Source: Thermofilaceae archaeon | GTDB lineage: Archaea; Thermoproteota; Thermoprotei; Thermofilales; Thermofilaceae | Direction of reading: 5' to 3' | DNA: 64,000 nt | Assembly: GCA_038727095.1 (NCBI GenBank) | Contig: JAVYWK010000001.1 | Coordinates: 32,001 to 96,000, forward strand | Shown here: piece after piece, positions 51,199-61,299 of the stretch | Position numbering within the stretch: position 1 is the stretch's first letter | How the letters are laid out: each line of letters opens with the position of its first letter | Notes under the pieces: model-generated | Told to the model about the DNA's origin: nothing | The model's input: only the letters and a program-made list of their open reading frames with translations | The model's database searches: none | Program-made: the position numbers and the translations under genes

Positions 51199-52314
51199 TC
51201 AATTACCCACGCCTAAGGTGTTGCCAACGCCCACTACAACCGCAGTTCCCCCCGGCTGGACATGCTCGAGTATTAACGCTTTAACGCGATCCCTAGCCTT
51301 AAGGCATGCGTTATAGAGGTCCTTGCTCATGGGCATCATGGCCTCCTCAGCCGACATCTTGATCAGGAGAGCGTAAGACTTCAACCCGTACTCCGCTAGA
51401 ACCTCCTCGATCTCATACTTTTCAGCTCCCGTACCACCGATAGCGACCCCGAAACCTTCGACTATGGATCCACTAACCTCGCCTTCCAGCTTTACCATAG
51501 CGTCAATCGTCACGACGAATGACACGTGATCACCCCACATAATTAACGCCCGTCTGAGGGCTTCATCAATCCTCCCCACGTTGCTGCCGGGACCGTCCGC
51601 TTTGATCAGGATGATTCTTCTACCATCGAGATCCGCTAGATAGACCCTCGTATCGGGAACTCTTATGTCAATGTACTCGGCCTTAAGCTCCCTAGCTAAG
51701 GTGGATAGGACAAGGGGTCCGACGGAATCGCCTATGGGCACCTGCCTTAGCAAAGCTTCGAGTGCACCTTCGTAAGACTTCACGGTTTCAGCTATGAATG
51801 GCAGCAGGGCTTGGAGCTGAAGGAGCAGCCAGTAGCTCTTGAACCTTCTTGCTAACGTATAGTCGTGGTTGAGCGCCTTGTAAAGGAAATTCAGGCTCCT
51901 GGCAACGTGCACCAGTGAAGCGAGAGTATCTACGTCGCTCTTCTCGGCGTTTGGCGCGATCCTCCTTATCTCCCCTTCGAGGGATTTATCCACATTTAGC
52001 ATCATGTACTTAACCTTCTTCACCACAGCGAAGGGATCCATGCTCTCAACCGGTATCACAACTAGCTCGATCAACTCGTTCACCCTCGACTCCAGCTCGC
52101 TCAAGTTTACGCGCAACTTCATCTTCGATACCAGCTCCCCAAGTTTCCTGACCACAGAGGAAGCAGCCTTGTCCCGAGACGCCTTGAAAAGCCTCAAGTG
52201 TAGCTCGATCTCACTCGATATACGGTAAACCTCAAGCTCCCTGGAGATGTAAGATAGGAGCATCAGCACCGCTATGAACGTTATAAAGTCAACAGCGCCT
52301 CCGCCATACATCAT
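51199..52314 (-). CDS. DUF1512 family protein
   Basis: PIGDSVGPLV, KADGPG, KLEGE, VGVGNTLGVG. Confidence 0.8.
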   Translation of the reverse strand: MMYGGGAVDFITFIAVLMLLSYISRELEVYRISSEIELHLRLFKASRDKAASSVVRKLGELVSKMKLRVNLSELESRVNELIELVVIPVESMDPFAVVKKVKYMMLNVDKSLEGEIRRIAPNAEKSDVDTLASLVHVARSLNFLYKALNHDYTLARRFKSYWLLLQLQALLPFIAETVKSYEGALEALLRQVPIGDSVGPLVLSTLARELKAEYIDIRVPDTRVYLADLDGRRIILIKADGPGSNVGRIDEALRRALIMWGDHVSFVVTIDAMVKLEGEVSGSIVEGFGVAIGGTGAEKYEIEEVLAEYGLKSYALLIKMSAEEAMMPMSKDLYNACLKARDRVKALILEHVQPGGTAVVVGVGNTLGVGN

Positions 52315-52328
52315 CCAGGACTCCTCGC

Positions 52329-52796
52329 ATGGCTTTTAAGCCATACTCTAAAGCAGTTGCCGTGGCTGGCGGTTTCGCGCATTTACCACATACTGCAGAC
52401 GTGCTGATCGAAGCTTGGGGCAGCACGCTAGAGGAAGCGTTCGAGTACGCCGCCTTGGGCGTGCTCGAAGTGATGACAGACACTTCGAAAGTCCAACCAA
52501 AGGTAGAGGTAACAATCATAGCCAGAGGGATTGACCTAGAAGCTCTTCTCTACGACTGGATCGAGCAGCTGATAGTTGTTTTCGATACAAGACACCTGCT
52601 GCTCTCCCAATTCAAAGTCCTGGAGATCAGCAGAGATCAGGACGGGGTGTTCCATCTATGCGCGAGAGCATGGGGGGAGGAGTACGACCCGGAGCGGCAT
52701 GAATCTAGGACGCTCGTCAAGGCCATGACATACCACTCCATGGAGATCGTTCAAGGGCCTGAGCGTACTACGCTGCGCTTCGTAGTTGATATTTAA
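52329..52796 (+). CDS. Archease
   Basis: HTADV, VKAMTYH, C-terminal VDI. Confidence 0.93.
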   Translation: MAFKPYSKAVAVAGGFAHLPHTADVLIEAWGSTLEEAFEYAALGVLEVMTDTSKVQPKVEVTIIARGIDLEALLYDWIEQLIVVFDTRHLLLSQFKVLEISRDQDGVFHLCARAWGEEYDPERHESRTLVKAMTYHSMEIVQGPERTTLRFVVDI

Positions 52797-52805
52797 GCAT
52801 GGTTT

Positions 52806-53204
52806 CTATAGCACGAAGAGAAGCTCCTCCAACAGCAGGCGAGGTATAGTGTGCCTACCGTGTTTCTCGAAGCGCACCGCCCCATAGCGCTGCAGGAACT
52901 TCAGGTCGGTGTAGACGTTGGAGGGCGAGCGCCCCAGCACCCTCGCTATCTCACTTACGCTCAGTTCCCTTCCCTGCTTCAAGAGGGCTAGTAGCTCGCA
53001 CATCCGTTCTGAAAGGATTCGACGCGCCACTTTGATCGGAACCTCTTCTTCCTCCATATACCCCAGTTCACCTTCTTCTTCGTAGTACATCAAGTGCTCG
53101 CTTAGCAGGCGTTTGAGATCCTCATGCCTACCGTGAACCTCAAGCTCAGCCACTCTACTAAGGAGCTCTTCTGGAGTTACCCTCCTGATTATGTATGCTT
53201 TCAC
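52806..53204 (-). CDS. ArsR-like HTH protein
   Basis: LSVSEIARVLGRSPSNVYTDLKFLQRYG. Confidence 0.8.
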   Translation of the reverse strand: MKAYIIRRVTPEELLSRVAELEVHGRHEDLKRLLSEHLMYYEEEGELGYMEEEEVPIKVARRILSERMCELLALLKQGRELSVSEIARVLGRSPSNVYTDLKFLQRYGAVRFEKHGRHTIPRLLLEELLFVL

Positions 53205-53264
53205 AATTACATATATGATAAAAGAATAAAAAGCTTTTTATGCTTTGATCAACAGGAAACGGCG

Positions 53265-54710
53265 ATGGTCACCCTTAAAAAAATCGAGGATGTCGTCTGG
53301 GAGATACCTCAGACTTACAAGCGCGGGATGAGAGTACCAGCCCGCGTCTTCGCCGACGAGTACCTGCTGCAGAAGATGCAAATGGATCTGACTCTGGAGC
53401 AAGCTGCTAATGTCTCCATCCTACCTGGCATCTATAAATACTCCATTGTTCTGCCCGATGGGCATCAGGGTTACGGCTTCCCCATCGGAGGGGTAGCTGC
53501 TTTCGATTACAATGAGGGAGTACTGAGCCCGGGCGGCGTCGGATACGATATTAACTGCGGCGTCAGAATCCTTAGGACAAACCTCCGCTACGAGGACTTG
53601 AAGGATAAGCTGCGAGAGCTCTCTGACTTGCTCTTTAGGTATATCCCTTCAGGCTTAGGTAGTAGAGGCCGTGTGAGCCTTAGTAAGGTGGAGCTGGATA
53701 GAGTACTCGCGGACGGGGTTCTCTGGGCCGTGGGCAAAGGGTACGGCTGGTCTGAGGATCCAGAGTACATCGAAGAGAGAGGGGCTATGGAGGGGGCTGA
53801 CCCCTCAAAGGTGTCTGATGTTGCGAAAGAGAGGGGTAGGGAGCAGCTCGGGACTTTAGGTAGCGGTAACCATTTCTTGGAGATCCAGGTCGTCGATAGG
53901 ATCTACGACCCGAAAGCCGCGGCTACTATGGGCATCGAGGAGGTCGGGCAGATAGCAGTCATGATTCACACGGGGTCCAGGGGGCTCGGCCACCAAGTTT
54001 GCAGCGACTACCTTAGAGTGATGGAAGTGGCCGTCAGAAGGTACAACATGCCGCTCCCCGATCGTGAGCTCGTTTCCGTGCCCGCGACCAGTAGGGAAGC
54101 GGAGGATTACTTTGCCGCTATGAAAGCGGCAGCCAACTTCGCTTGGGCTAACAGGCAGTTAATCACGCACTGGGTGAGAGAAGTCTTCTCTCAAGTTTTC
54201 AGGAAATCTGCAGACGAGCTTGATCTCCACATAGTGTACGATGTTGCGCACAACATCGCTAAACTGGAGGAGCACGTTGTAGATGGTGCGAGAAGGAAGG
54301 TTTACGTGCATAGGAAGGGTGCTACTAGGGCTTTCCCGCCTGGACACCCCTTGGTCCCGCGCAAGTATCAAAGCATCGGGCAACCAGTCCTAATACCCGG
54401 CTCAATGGGTACAGCATCTTACATCTTAGTTGGCACACAGAAGGCAATGGAGATAACCTTCGGGTCAGCGCCCCACGGAGCTGGACGAGTGCTCAGCCGC
54501 GAGGAGGCTAAACGTAGGTATAGGGGTAGCGAGATAAGGGATCGACTTGAAAACAGGGGCATCGTTGTTCGCGCAGCTAGCATGGCCGTCGTAGCGGAGG
54601 AGGCGCCTGACGCGTATAAAGATGTGGACAGGGTTGCTAATGTGGCTGATAGAGCTGGGATGGCAAAGAAGGTTGTTCGGCTGGTACCGATAGCCGTAGT
54701 GAAAGGGTAG
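53265..54710 (+). CDS. rtcB: tRNA-splicing ligase RtcB
   Basis: PDGHQGYG, DINCG, GSGNHF, HTGSRG, HGAGR. Confidence 0.97.
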   Translation: MVTLKKIEDVVWEIPQTYKRGMRVPARVFADEYLLQKMQMDLTLEQAANVSILPGIYKYSIVLPDGHQGYGFPIGGVAAFDYNEGVLSPGGVGYDINCGVRILRTNLRYEDLKDKLRELSDLLFRYIPSGLGSRGRVSLSKVELDRVLADGVLWAVGKGYGWSEDPEYIEERGAMEGADPSKVSDVAKERGREQLGTLGSGNHFLEIQVVDRIYDPKAAATMGIEEVGQIAVMIHTGSRGLGHQVCSDYLRVMEVAVRRYNMPLPDRELVSVPATSREAEDYFAAMKAAANFAWANRQLITHWVREVFSQVFRKSADELDLHIVYDVAHNIAKLEEHVVDGARRKVYVHRKGATRAFPPGHPLVPRKYQSIGQPVLIPGSMGTASYILVGTQKAMEITFGSAPHGAGRVLSREEAKRRYRGSEIRDRLENRGIVVRAASMAVVAEEAPDAYKDVDRVANVADRAGMAKKVVRLVPIAVVKG

Positions 54711-54715
54711 TTCTC

Positions 54716-55312
54716 CTACCTGGCCGCCAGAGCTATTCTTTCTATCTCCTCTTTCCTCCTTAATGCGTAGCTGCCAGCCTCGCCGTATGCAGCCGCGATA
54801 ATCTCATCGGCAAGACACTCCTCAATCGGCTTGGGGTTGTTAAAGGCTGCGAGCCTAGCTCCTTCGCAGATGTGGCGGAGCGCTAGATCTACGCGCCTCT
54901 GGGGCGAAACGTCCACGGATACGTGATAGAGAATTCCACCGTAAACAACTCGAGTCGTCTCCTCCCTGGGAGAGGCGTTCTCTATCGCCCATACGAGAAC
55001 TTGGATCGGGTTCTGACCCGTCTTCACCTCTACAATCTCCAAAGCCTTCTTAACGATGTTCGTAGCCAGAAACTTCTTTCCAGCGTTCCTTCCCGGCCTC
55101 ATGACCACGTTAATCATGCGTTCGATTATTGAGACATTGGCCTTAGCAAAGCGTTTCTTGGCGTGCAACCCACTTGAATGAGGTGCAAGCACTGGCTTGA
55201 GACACACGTAGGGCTCTAAACTCCTATCCCTGACCTTCACCTCCTCTAAGTCCCACTTACCGAACACCAGTATTTTCCTCCCGTCTAGCGCTCTAAGGGC
55301 ACTACCAGACAT
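54716..55312 (-). CDS. rps7: Ribosomal protein S7
   Basis: [23 protein letters not shown]. Confidence 0.95.
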   Translation of the reverse strand: MSGSALRALDGRKILVFGKWDLEEVKVRDRSLEPYVCLKPVLAPHSSGLHAKKRFAKANVSIIERMINVVMRPGRNAGKKFLATNIVKKALEIVEVKTGQNPIQVLVWAIENASPREETTRVVYGGILYHVSVDVSPQRRVDLALRHICEGARLAAFNNPKPIEECLADEIIAAAYGEAGSYALRRKEEIERIALAAR

Positions 55313-55545
55313 GCACTGAGCGCGCACAAGCAGACTTTTTTAGCTTTGCGCAAGAGTCGGAGAATGCATTTATGCCGCTCATTTGATGCTTAACCTCTGA
55401 GTTACACCTGGCATAGCTAGTTCTGACGCCTATTCATCGTCCGATTCTCCTGCTTCAGTTACCTTCGAGAAAAGCACTACAGGCGTACGATCATGAGGCA
55501 CATCCTTACACGTGGCTGGCACATTAATGGAGAAACGCTACATGA

Positions 55546-55636
55546 TGGGCCCGCCGGGATTCGAACCCGGGACCTCCCGCGCTCTAAGCCGCACGGGCTC
55601 GTCAGGCGGGCATCCTAGCCGCTAGACCACGGGCCC
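55546..55636 (-). tRNA. tRNA-Val(GAC) with a canonical 18-nt intron; CCA not encoded
   Basis: Cloverleaf after removing AGCCCGTGCGGCTTAGAG (BHB). Confidence 0.92.
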
Positions 55637-55721
55637 TTTGAAGGGATTTCAGCGGGGCATTATATTGTTTGCCTCACAACCATTACGATAAGCTTTTAGC
55701 AGTTATTGTGCCTATGAGTAC

Positions 55722-55779
55722 GGCAGATGAAGAGCCTGACCTGCACTGAGATGTGAAGAAATGCACCTCATCTGATGCC
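55722..55779 (+). ncRNA. C/D-box sRNA targeting both strands of 16S helix 34
   Basis: GGCA/TGCC stem, C ATGAAGA, D' CTGA, C' GTGAAGA, D CTGA. Guides CTGACCTGC and ATGCACCTC match 39798-39806 and 39962-39970. Confidence 0.9.
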
Positions 55780-55891
55780 CAGCGTTTAGAGCTCCGTCTA
55801 GTTTAAGGCGGAAGGGGTACACATCGTAGTTGAGGGACGTGACATAATCATAACTCTAAACAGAACTAAAATTAATATTTTAGTAAAATAA

Positions 55892-57094
55892 TTATTGTAA
55901 TTTTATGATATCATCTAAAGTTTTTAGAATAAGCCCATCGGGGATTCGTAAGACATCTCCTATTCGTGCACCTATGAGAGCCTTTACTCCCTTAGCTGCC
56001 GATGTATCTATTAAACGCTGTGTAATTATGCCGTCGAAAACAACGTAGGACGCATTTTCTGTTTCTCCGATCTCTTTCACTAGGTCTCTGACGGGGATCC
56101 GTTTGATAAACTTCCATTCGGGATCGTAAAGTATGGCTTCAAGTGTACCCCGAAGCTCTTTCGCCTCACTTACTACGTGTGGGGGAAGTTGAAATTCCTC
56201 AACTGCTCGCGGCTGCACGAGAGCTTGCTCAACCTTAGCTGCACTTACCTCCTCCGTTTTTTCAACCGGCTTTATTGATTCGAGAAACTCTTTAACACTC
56301 ATCTTATTTTTTAAGGCCTTAGCAATCTCTTTTCCCGCTAATTCCTCCACCTCTCTTCCCGGTGGCGCGCGAGCAATCGATTCGATATTTACCGCGCTGA
56401 TAACGTTTCGAGCAATTAGTTCACCACCTCTATCACCATCTACAAAGAGGATCAGTTTCTTCTTTTTCGCAAGCTCTGCGATGGTTTTAGGTATCGTGGC
56501 CCCGCCCAATGCTATGACATTTTTATACCCGTGTTTGAGCAGATTAATGACATCAGCCCTACCCTCTACAACTATGACGGTGTCCGAGGTATCGATTTCG
56601 GGGCCTGCGGGGAGCCCCTCCGGCCCGTAATGCACTATCTCTGCGATTTTTAACGACTCTGCTATCTCCTCGATGAGCTCCCTACTTTCCGGAGCTTCTT
56701 CCTCCATCGTTCGTAAAAGCTCCTTCGCTCTCTCAACTATACGCTTGCGCTTCTCAGCACGAATATCCTCAATCCGGATAACCTCAACCTTGGCTGCGTA
56801 AGGCCCCACTCTATCGATCGTTTCGAGGGCAGCTGCTATAAGAGCGGTCTCAATCTTGCTCAAGTTAGACGGCACTTTCACTATACCTCGCATCTTGTTA
56901 TCGGCTTTACTGGTTGTCACCTCAATCCTACCTATTCGACCGTTGTTCTGCAATTCCCTCAGATCCAAATCTGAGCCTAGTAAACCCTCCGTCTGTCCGA
57001 ATAGAGCTCCTATGATGTCTGATTTGTCGACTAGCCCCTCCACCTCCATCTTCGCGTGAATCACGTACTTGGCGTTGACTGGTACACCAACCAC
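55892..57094 (-). CDS. dnaG: Archaeal DnaG (exosome-associated, TOPRIM)
   Basis: GQTEGLLG, VVEGRADV, DGDRGG. Confidence 0.95.
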   Translation of the reverse strand: MVGVPVNAKYVIHAKMEVEGLVDKSDIIGALFGQTEGLLGSDLDLRELQNNGRIGRIEVTTSKADNKMRGIVKVPSNLSKIETALIAAALETIDRVGPYAAKVEVIRIEDIRAEKRKRIVERAKELLRTMEEEAPESRELIEEIAESLKIAEIVHYGPEGLPAGPEIDTSDTVIVVEGRADVINLLKHGYKNVIALGGATIPKTIAELAKKKKLILFVDGDRGGELIARNVISAVNIESIARAPPGREVEELAGKEIAKALKNKMSVKEFLESIKPVEKTEEVSAAKVEQALVQPRAVEEFQLPPHVVSEAKELRGTLEAILYDPEWKFIKRIPVRDLVKEIGETENASYVVFDGIITQRLIDTSAAKGVKALIGARIGDVLRIPDGLILKTLDDIIKLQ

Positions 57095-57427
57095 ATTTAT
57101 CCACCCTACTGAAGCTTGACTTTACTAAGCTTTTATACGGTTTGCTGCCGCCCACAAGCCGTATTTAATCATCTCTTCAGCAAAAGTCCTAGGAACCAAG
57201 GATCGGCCTACTAGACCCGAGCAGCGGGGCACTGTAGCCGCCCGTTAACACGCAGGTTCATAGCTTCGACGGTACAACGTCGGCCCTCCATACGCTCTCT
57301 GAGCGGGCGGCCTGAGCGTGCCCCGCCTTCGCACTTTTCTCGACATCCAAGTTTTGAGCTTTTCGTTCGCAGCCCCTCCCCTAAAGTTGACACCATGCGT
57401 TAAGGGGTTTAGCAGTTTGCTATCACC

Positions 57428-58051
57428 ATGTACACGTGCCCCGAGTGCGGGGGGCGAGCGGTTGAGACAACCGAGTTCCTCGTCTGCGGGAGCTGCGGGC
57501 TTGTCTTGAGCCCGCTCGTCGAAAACGGCTACTATGGGCCTAACTTGACGTGGGTTTTGTTTGAGGCTGCTGAGCACTTCGGGCTCACCTTTGATGAGTG
57601 CTTACGGCTGTACCGGACCGCGAAGTCCGAGAGAGTGATGGAGGGGGCAGCCCTAGCCGTAGCCATATACGCAGCTTTGAGAGGGAGGGGGGAGCATGTA
57701 CCTCTGAGGAGGGTCTGCGAGTGGCTGGAGGCTCGCGGTATTAACGTGAGTTACAAGCAGGCTGCGAAGGGGCTTCTGAGGATTAGCCGCTACCTCGATC
57801 GATTATCGCCCTTTTCAAGCGTTAAGGTTTACGCTAGGAAACTCAATCTCGACGAAAACCTTGTTAAGCGCGCAGAGGAAGTACTGTTGAAAGCGAAGTA
57901 TTTAGGGGGTAGGGACCCCTACTTGATAGCCATCGCCGCCATATACTTAGCGGCTGGAGGCCAACTTACGTACTACAAGCTGGCTAAGATAACAGGCAGA
58001 TCCGCTTCAAGGATATGGGCTGCCGTCAACTACTTGAGAAAATCAGTATGA
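57428..58051 (+). CDS. Short TFB/TFIIB-like protein
   Basis: CPECG...VCGSCGLV Zn ribbon, cyclin-like repeats (GRDPYLIAIAAIYLA). Confidence 0.75.
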   Translation: MYTCPECGGRAVETTEFLVCGSCGLVLSPLVENGYYGPNLTWVLFEAAEHFGLTFDECLRLYRTAKSERVMEGAALAVAIYAALRGRGEHVPLRRVCEWLEARGINVSYKQAAKGLLRISRYLDRLSPFSSVKVYARKLNLDENLVKRAEEVLLKAKYLGGRDPYLIAIAAIYLAAGGQLTYYKLAKITGRSASRIWAAVNYLRKSV

Positions 58052-58145
58052 ACGCATTGTTAAATTTTATAAATTATTATCATAAAAGCTTCGCATTATC
58101 CAGATAATGTACTGGGACCGAATACACTTTCATAACTTAAATACA

Positions 58146-58245
58146 TGGTGCGGCCGCCGGGATTCGAACCCGGGTCGTCCGTGCGGCTGGTGCCGCGCTC
58201 CGGCGCGGGGGGCCGGCGCCCTAGTCCAGACTAGGCGACGGCCGC
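58146..58245 (-). tRNA. tRNA-Gly(CCC) with a 21-nt intron in the variable region (about 45/46)
   Basis: GCGGCCG acceptor stem, loop CCCCCGC, CCA encoded, relaxed BHB/BHL. Confidence 0.88.
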
Positions 58246-58583
58246 TAGAATCAGGGTAAGTCTGAGAACTTATATGGGTTACGCTGTGGAGGCAGTACAG
58301 AAGTGCTCCAATCGGATTTATAAGGCTGGTGGAATATGCAAGGGTCAGCTATACTCATCGTGATTCATGCCCCATCTGCCGGATACGAAGGGGTAGCAGA
58401 AGTTGTAGTGTAAGGGCTCAGATCGTATTTTTAGCTCTGAGCGAAACACTATTGAGTCAATCGATACCGAGCATAGTTTTTAGCAGACAGTATCACCTAC
58501 GTGATACCGGCATTTTGCTACTGAACTCTCTAGATCGTGATTGGCTCACCCTATTATACTTTAGGAGAACCTTAAATCAGCGT

Positions 58584-59249
58584 ATGCTTCAGTTCAAGAA
58601 CCTTGCTGATGTATCGGGCAAGGAGGCTTTTAGGAAGCTTCTAGGCGCGAAAGTCTACAGCTTGAATGGTGAGTACGTTGGCTACCTTAAGAGGATCTAC
58701 GTTGAGAAGAAGAAAGGAAAAGCTACGAAAATCGTGATCAGACTGTTAAACGGAGGTCTACTCGTCCTTGATCCAAGTATTGCTATGATAGGCCCTGACG
58801 GCAGGATTACGCTGAAGACGGACGTTAAGGTGGAGGTTAAAATCATTGGTAAAGAGCTAGCCAAGCTTCAGACAACGGTATCTGAACTACGCAGCGTGAG
58901 GGAACGCCTACTGGAGCTCGATGAAGCCTTTATCTCCGGTGAACTCACCAAGGAAACCTACCAGCGTTTTAGAGCTGCCCTTGAGCAAAAAAGACAGAAG
59001 ATCGTTTCTGAAATTAAGAGACTTGTAGAAGAGCTAGAGCCATACACGCATAGACTAGATGAGGAGAGGAAAAAACTGCTGAGCCAAATGAGTTCGGCCG
59101 AGGGCGAAAAGAGTACACAGATCCTAAAGAAGCTAAGGGAGCTACGTGAATTATTAGCAAGAGTTAACGAACTTATCGATAATGCTGTACATGAACTTTC
59201 ATTCGAAATGGAGCTAGACGAGTTCATCGATCGCTATCTTAGAGACTGA
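58584..59249 (+). CDS. CdvA-like protein (PRC barrel + coiled coil)
   Basis: LLGAKVYSLNGEYVG PRC-barrel start; ELDEAFISGELTKETYQRF; long coiled coil. Confidence 0.65.
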   Translation: MLQFKNLADVSGKEAFRKLLGAKVYSLNGEYVGYLKRIYVEKKKGKATKIVIRLLNGGLLVLDPSIAMIGPDGRITLKTDVKVEVKIIGKELAKLQTTVSELRSVRERLLELDEAFISGELTKETYQRFRAALEQKRQKIVSEIKRLVEELEPYTHRLDEERKKLLSQMSSAEGEKSTQILKKLRELRELLARVNELIDNAVHELSFEMELDEFIDRYLRD

Positions 59250-59403
59250 TAGTTTCATCACTCACTCCGAGCACACGATGGGGTCTCGTAGCTCTGCAGC
59301 TTTTGCAGTACACGTGAAGCTGTTTAAACTCGCTCAAATCGAATCCCACATCAAGCGTTCTCTTCTCGCCGCAGACCATGCACTGAAGAACCCATTTTGT
59401 CAT
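59239..59403 (-). CDS. 54-aa zinc-ribbon protein (not in ORF track)
   Basis: MTKWVLQCMVCGEKRTLDVGFDLSEFKQLHVYCKSCRATRPHRVLG..., GGAG upstream. Confidence 0.8.
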   Translation of the reverse strand: MTKWVLQCMVCGEKRTLDVGFDLSEFKQLHVYCKSCRATRPHRVLGVSDETISL

Positions 59404-59467
59404 TAGGTGCTCCTTGGCTCTCTATTCATAAATCTGTTTTGAAAGCGGAAAGACGTAATTGGTCGGG

Positions 59468-59528
59468 GGAGCTCCGAGGCTGCTCGCTTCATCAGGATCA
59501 GACCGTAATGCGACATCTTCATTGCTCC
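59468..59528 (-). ncRNA. C/D-box sRNA predicted to guide 23S Um2552 (E. coli numbering)
   Basis: GGAGC/GCTCC stem, C ATGAAGA, D' CTGA, C' CTGATGA, D CGGA. D guide GCGAGCAGCC matches 36592-36601 (A-loop). Confidence 0.88.
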
Positions 59529-59572
59529 TTGAAAATGGCTCGTGCAGCGCCTAAAAACGTAGCGCACTTAGT

Positions 59573-60595
59573 TCATAGAGACGTCACGATGAAGGCATTC
59601 AGCGCTGAAAGTGTTGCAACCATTAGAGCGCCAATTCGCTCATCCAGCGGTGCGTTAAACGGGGCTGCGAGAGCGAGAGCGTACGATTTAGGAGCTGCGA
59701 AATCCACGAGGCCGCACGCACCCTTTCCGTACCCGACACCTTCACTAGCACTGCTCAACCCTTGCTTCTTGATTAGCTCTGGATCAGCGACGCTCACCCC
59801 TCTTCTGACGACCTGATCTAGGACTAGGTAGAGGATTGTGCTTTCAGCGCTCGAGGGAGGATCGCTCGTAATTGCGTAAAAACCGGGACATTTAGTTTCG
59901 TGCAGGTCAATAACCAAGCCCAGCTCCTGCTTCTCGATAAACTCTCGGAGGAGAGCAACCTCAGGTATTTCGGCACGCTCCAAATCATCATACGTCAAGA
60001 CTTCGCCGTTCTGAACCACTACCGTCAAGAAACGGTTAAGGCTACCCACCCCCTCAACCTGAGGGAGCTGTGAAGCTATGAGTATCCTGTAGCCCTCCAG
60101 CGCATCGCTTAATTCTTCCTTGTGAAGTCTCAACCGAAGATTGCTTAACACCTCGTAGGCGTCCATTTGCGATCCCACAGCGATTCCCACCCCCTTCAAG
60201 AGGGCTAGGAAAAGCTCACCATCGTCTATCAAGGTTTCCACCCCACTATCTTTCAGAACTCTCCTGATATCATCGAGCGATTGGACCTCAACTTGGGCTC
60301 CGAGCATTCGGCTTAAGATGAAAGAGGCTTCGTGCAAACCAGTTGGGTCCCGCGAAGGTAGAATGTAAGTCGTCCTCTCTATATCGACCTGAACTAGCAG
60401 CTCTAAGGCGGCGTAAACGCCCGCGACTTCCACACCAGAGGCACCCGCTGTTACCAGTACAGCCGGCTCCTCCTTACCACCTACCCGGAATACTGTGATC
60501 GGCAACCCTAGCCAATCGTTAGTAGAGGCTGCGACCTTAAACGTCCTCTTCATAGCTTCAATCGTATTGAGGTACTCGCTCGTCCTCAGCGACAT
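59573..60595 (-). CDS. Degenerate M14/AstE-like zinc-carboxypeptidase-fold protein
   Basis: VLVTAGASGVE (HxxE lacks His), PSRDPTG, VIDLHE. Confidence 0.6.
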   Translation of the reverse strand: MSLRTSEYLNTIEAMKRTFKVAASTNDWLGLPITVFRVGGKEEPAVLVTAGASGVEVAGVYAALELLVQVDIERTTYILPSRDPTGLHEASFILSRMLGAQVEVQSLDDIRRVLKDSGVETLIDDGELFLALLKGVGIAVGSQMDAYEVLSNLRLRLHKEELSDALEGYRILIASQLPQVEGVGSLNRFLTVVVQNGEVLTYDDLERAEIPEVALLREFIEKQELGLVIDLHETKCPGFYAITSDPPSSAESTILYLVLDQVVRRGVSVADPELIKKQGLSSASEGVGYGKGACGLVDFAAPKSYALALAAPFNAPLDERIGALMVATLSALNAFIVTSL

Positions 60596-60744
60596 ACGTG
60601 CGTCGGTCACCCTCGTTCTAAAATATGTTGTGTCCGCCTGTCCCCGAGCCCCACTTTCACTCCTCCATTTTGCCTTAAAGATAAAGAGAACCCTCCGCAC
60701 GTAGCCATGTGGCGTTCGAGGAGGAGATCCCAAACGTGAGAGGC

Positions 60745-61210
60745 GAATTCGGAGAGTTGAATCGGAGATCCAGGGCTTAAACGAGATTCTAAACAATGAA
60801 ATACTGTATCGCAATGTTGTCCTCCCCTCAGGAGGGCCGGGAACGGGAAAAAGCATCTTCGGCCAGCAATTCCGCTATCATGGTTTAACAAAGGGGGGCC
60901 AGGTGCCTTAGCACTCGAAGAGCATCCTACGCAGACAATCGTGAAAATGATAAATTTCGGCTGGGATGTGTGCAAGTACGAGGCGAAGGGGCACTTCGCC
61001 ATCGTCAATGCGTTCACGGAGAGCATAGGCGAGTACGCCAAGCGTGAGAAGTACGTAGTGAAAGGCGTAGACGACATCCCCTCCTTCATTGATGTAGTTA
61101 GAGACGCTATCAAGGATCTCAAAGCGCAGCGGGTAGTCATAGACTCCGTCACAACACTCTACCTGACGAAGCCCGCTGTAGCACGCTCGGTTGCAATGAC
61201 CCTGAACTAG
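60745..61210 (+). pseudogene. Frameshifted, truncated KaiC/RAD55-family ATPase
   Basis: IQGLNEIL...[15 protein letters not shown] in one frame, frameshift near 60895-60910, then LEEHP...FGWD...RVVIDSVTTL, early stop at 61210. Confidence 0.8.
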
Positions 61211-61299
61211 AGCGTCGAGTAGCTGAGCTTGAATCTACTGTGAGAGATTTAGAAGCAGCTGAAAAGGCTTTAGAGGAGCTATTGAAGGAGCTGTCATGA

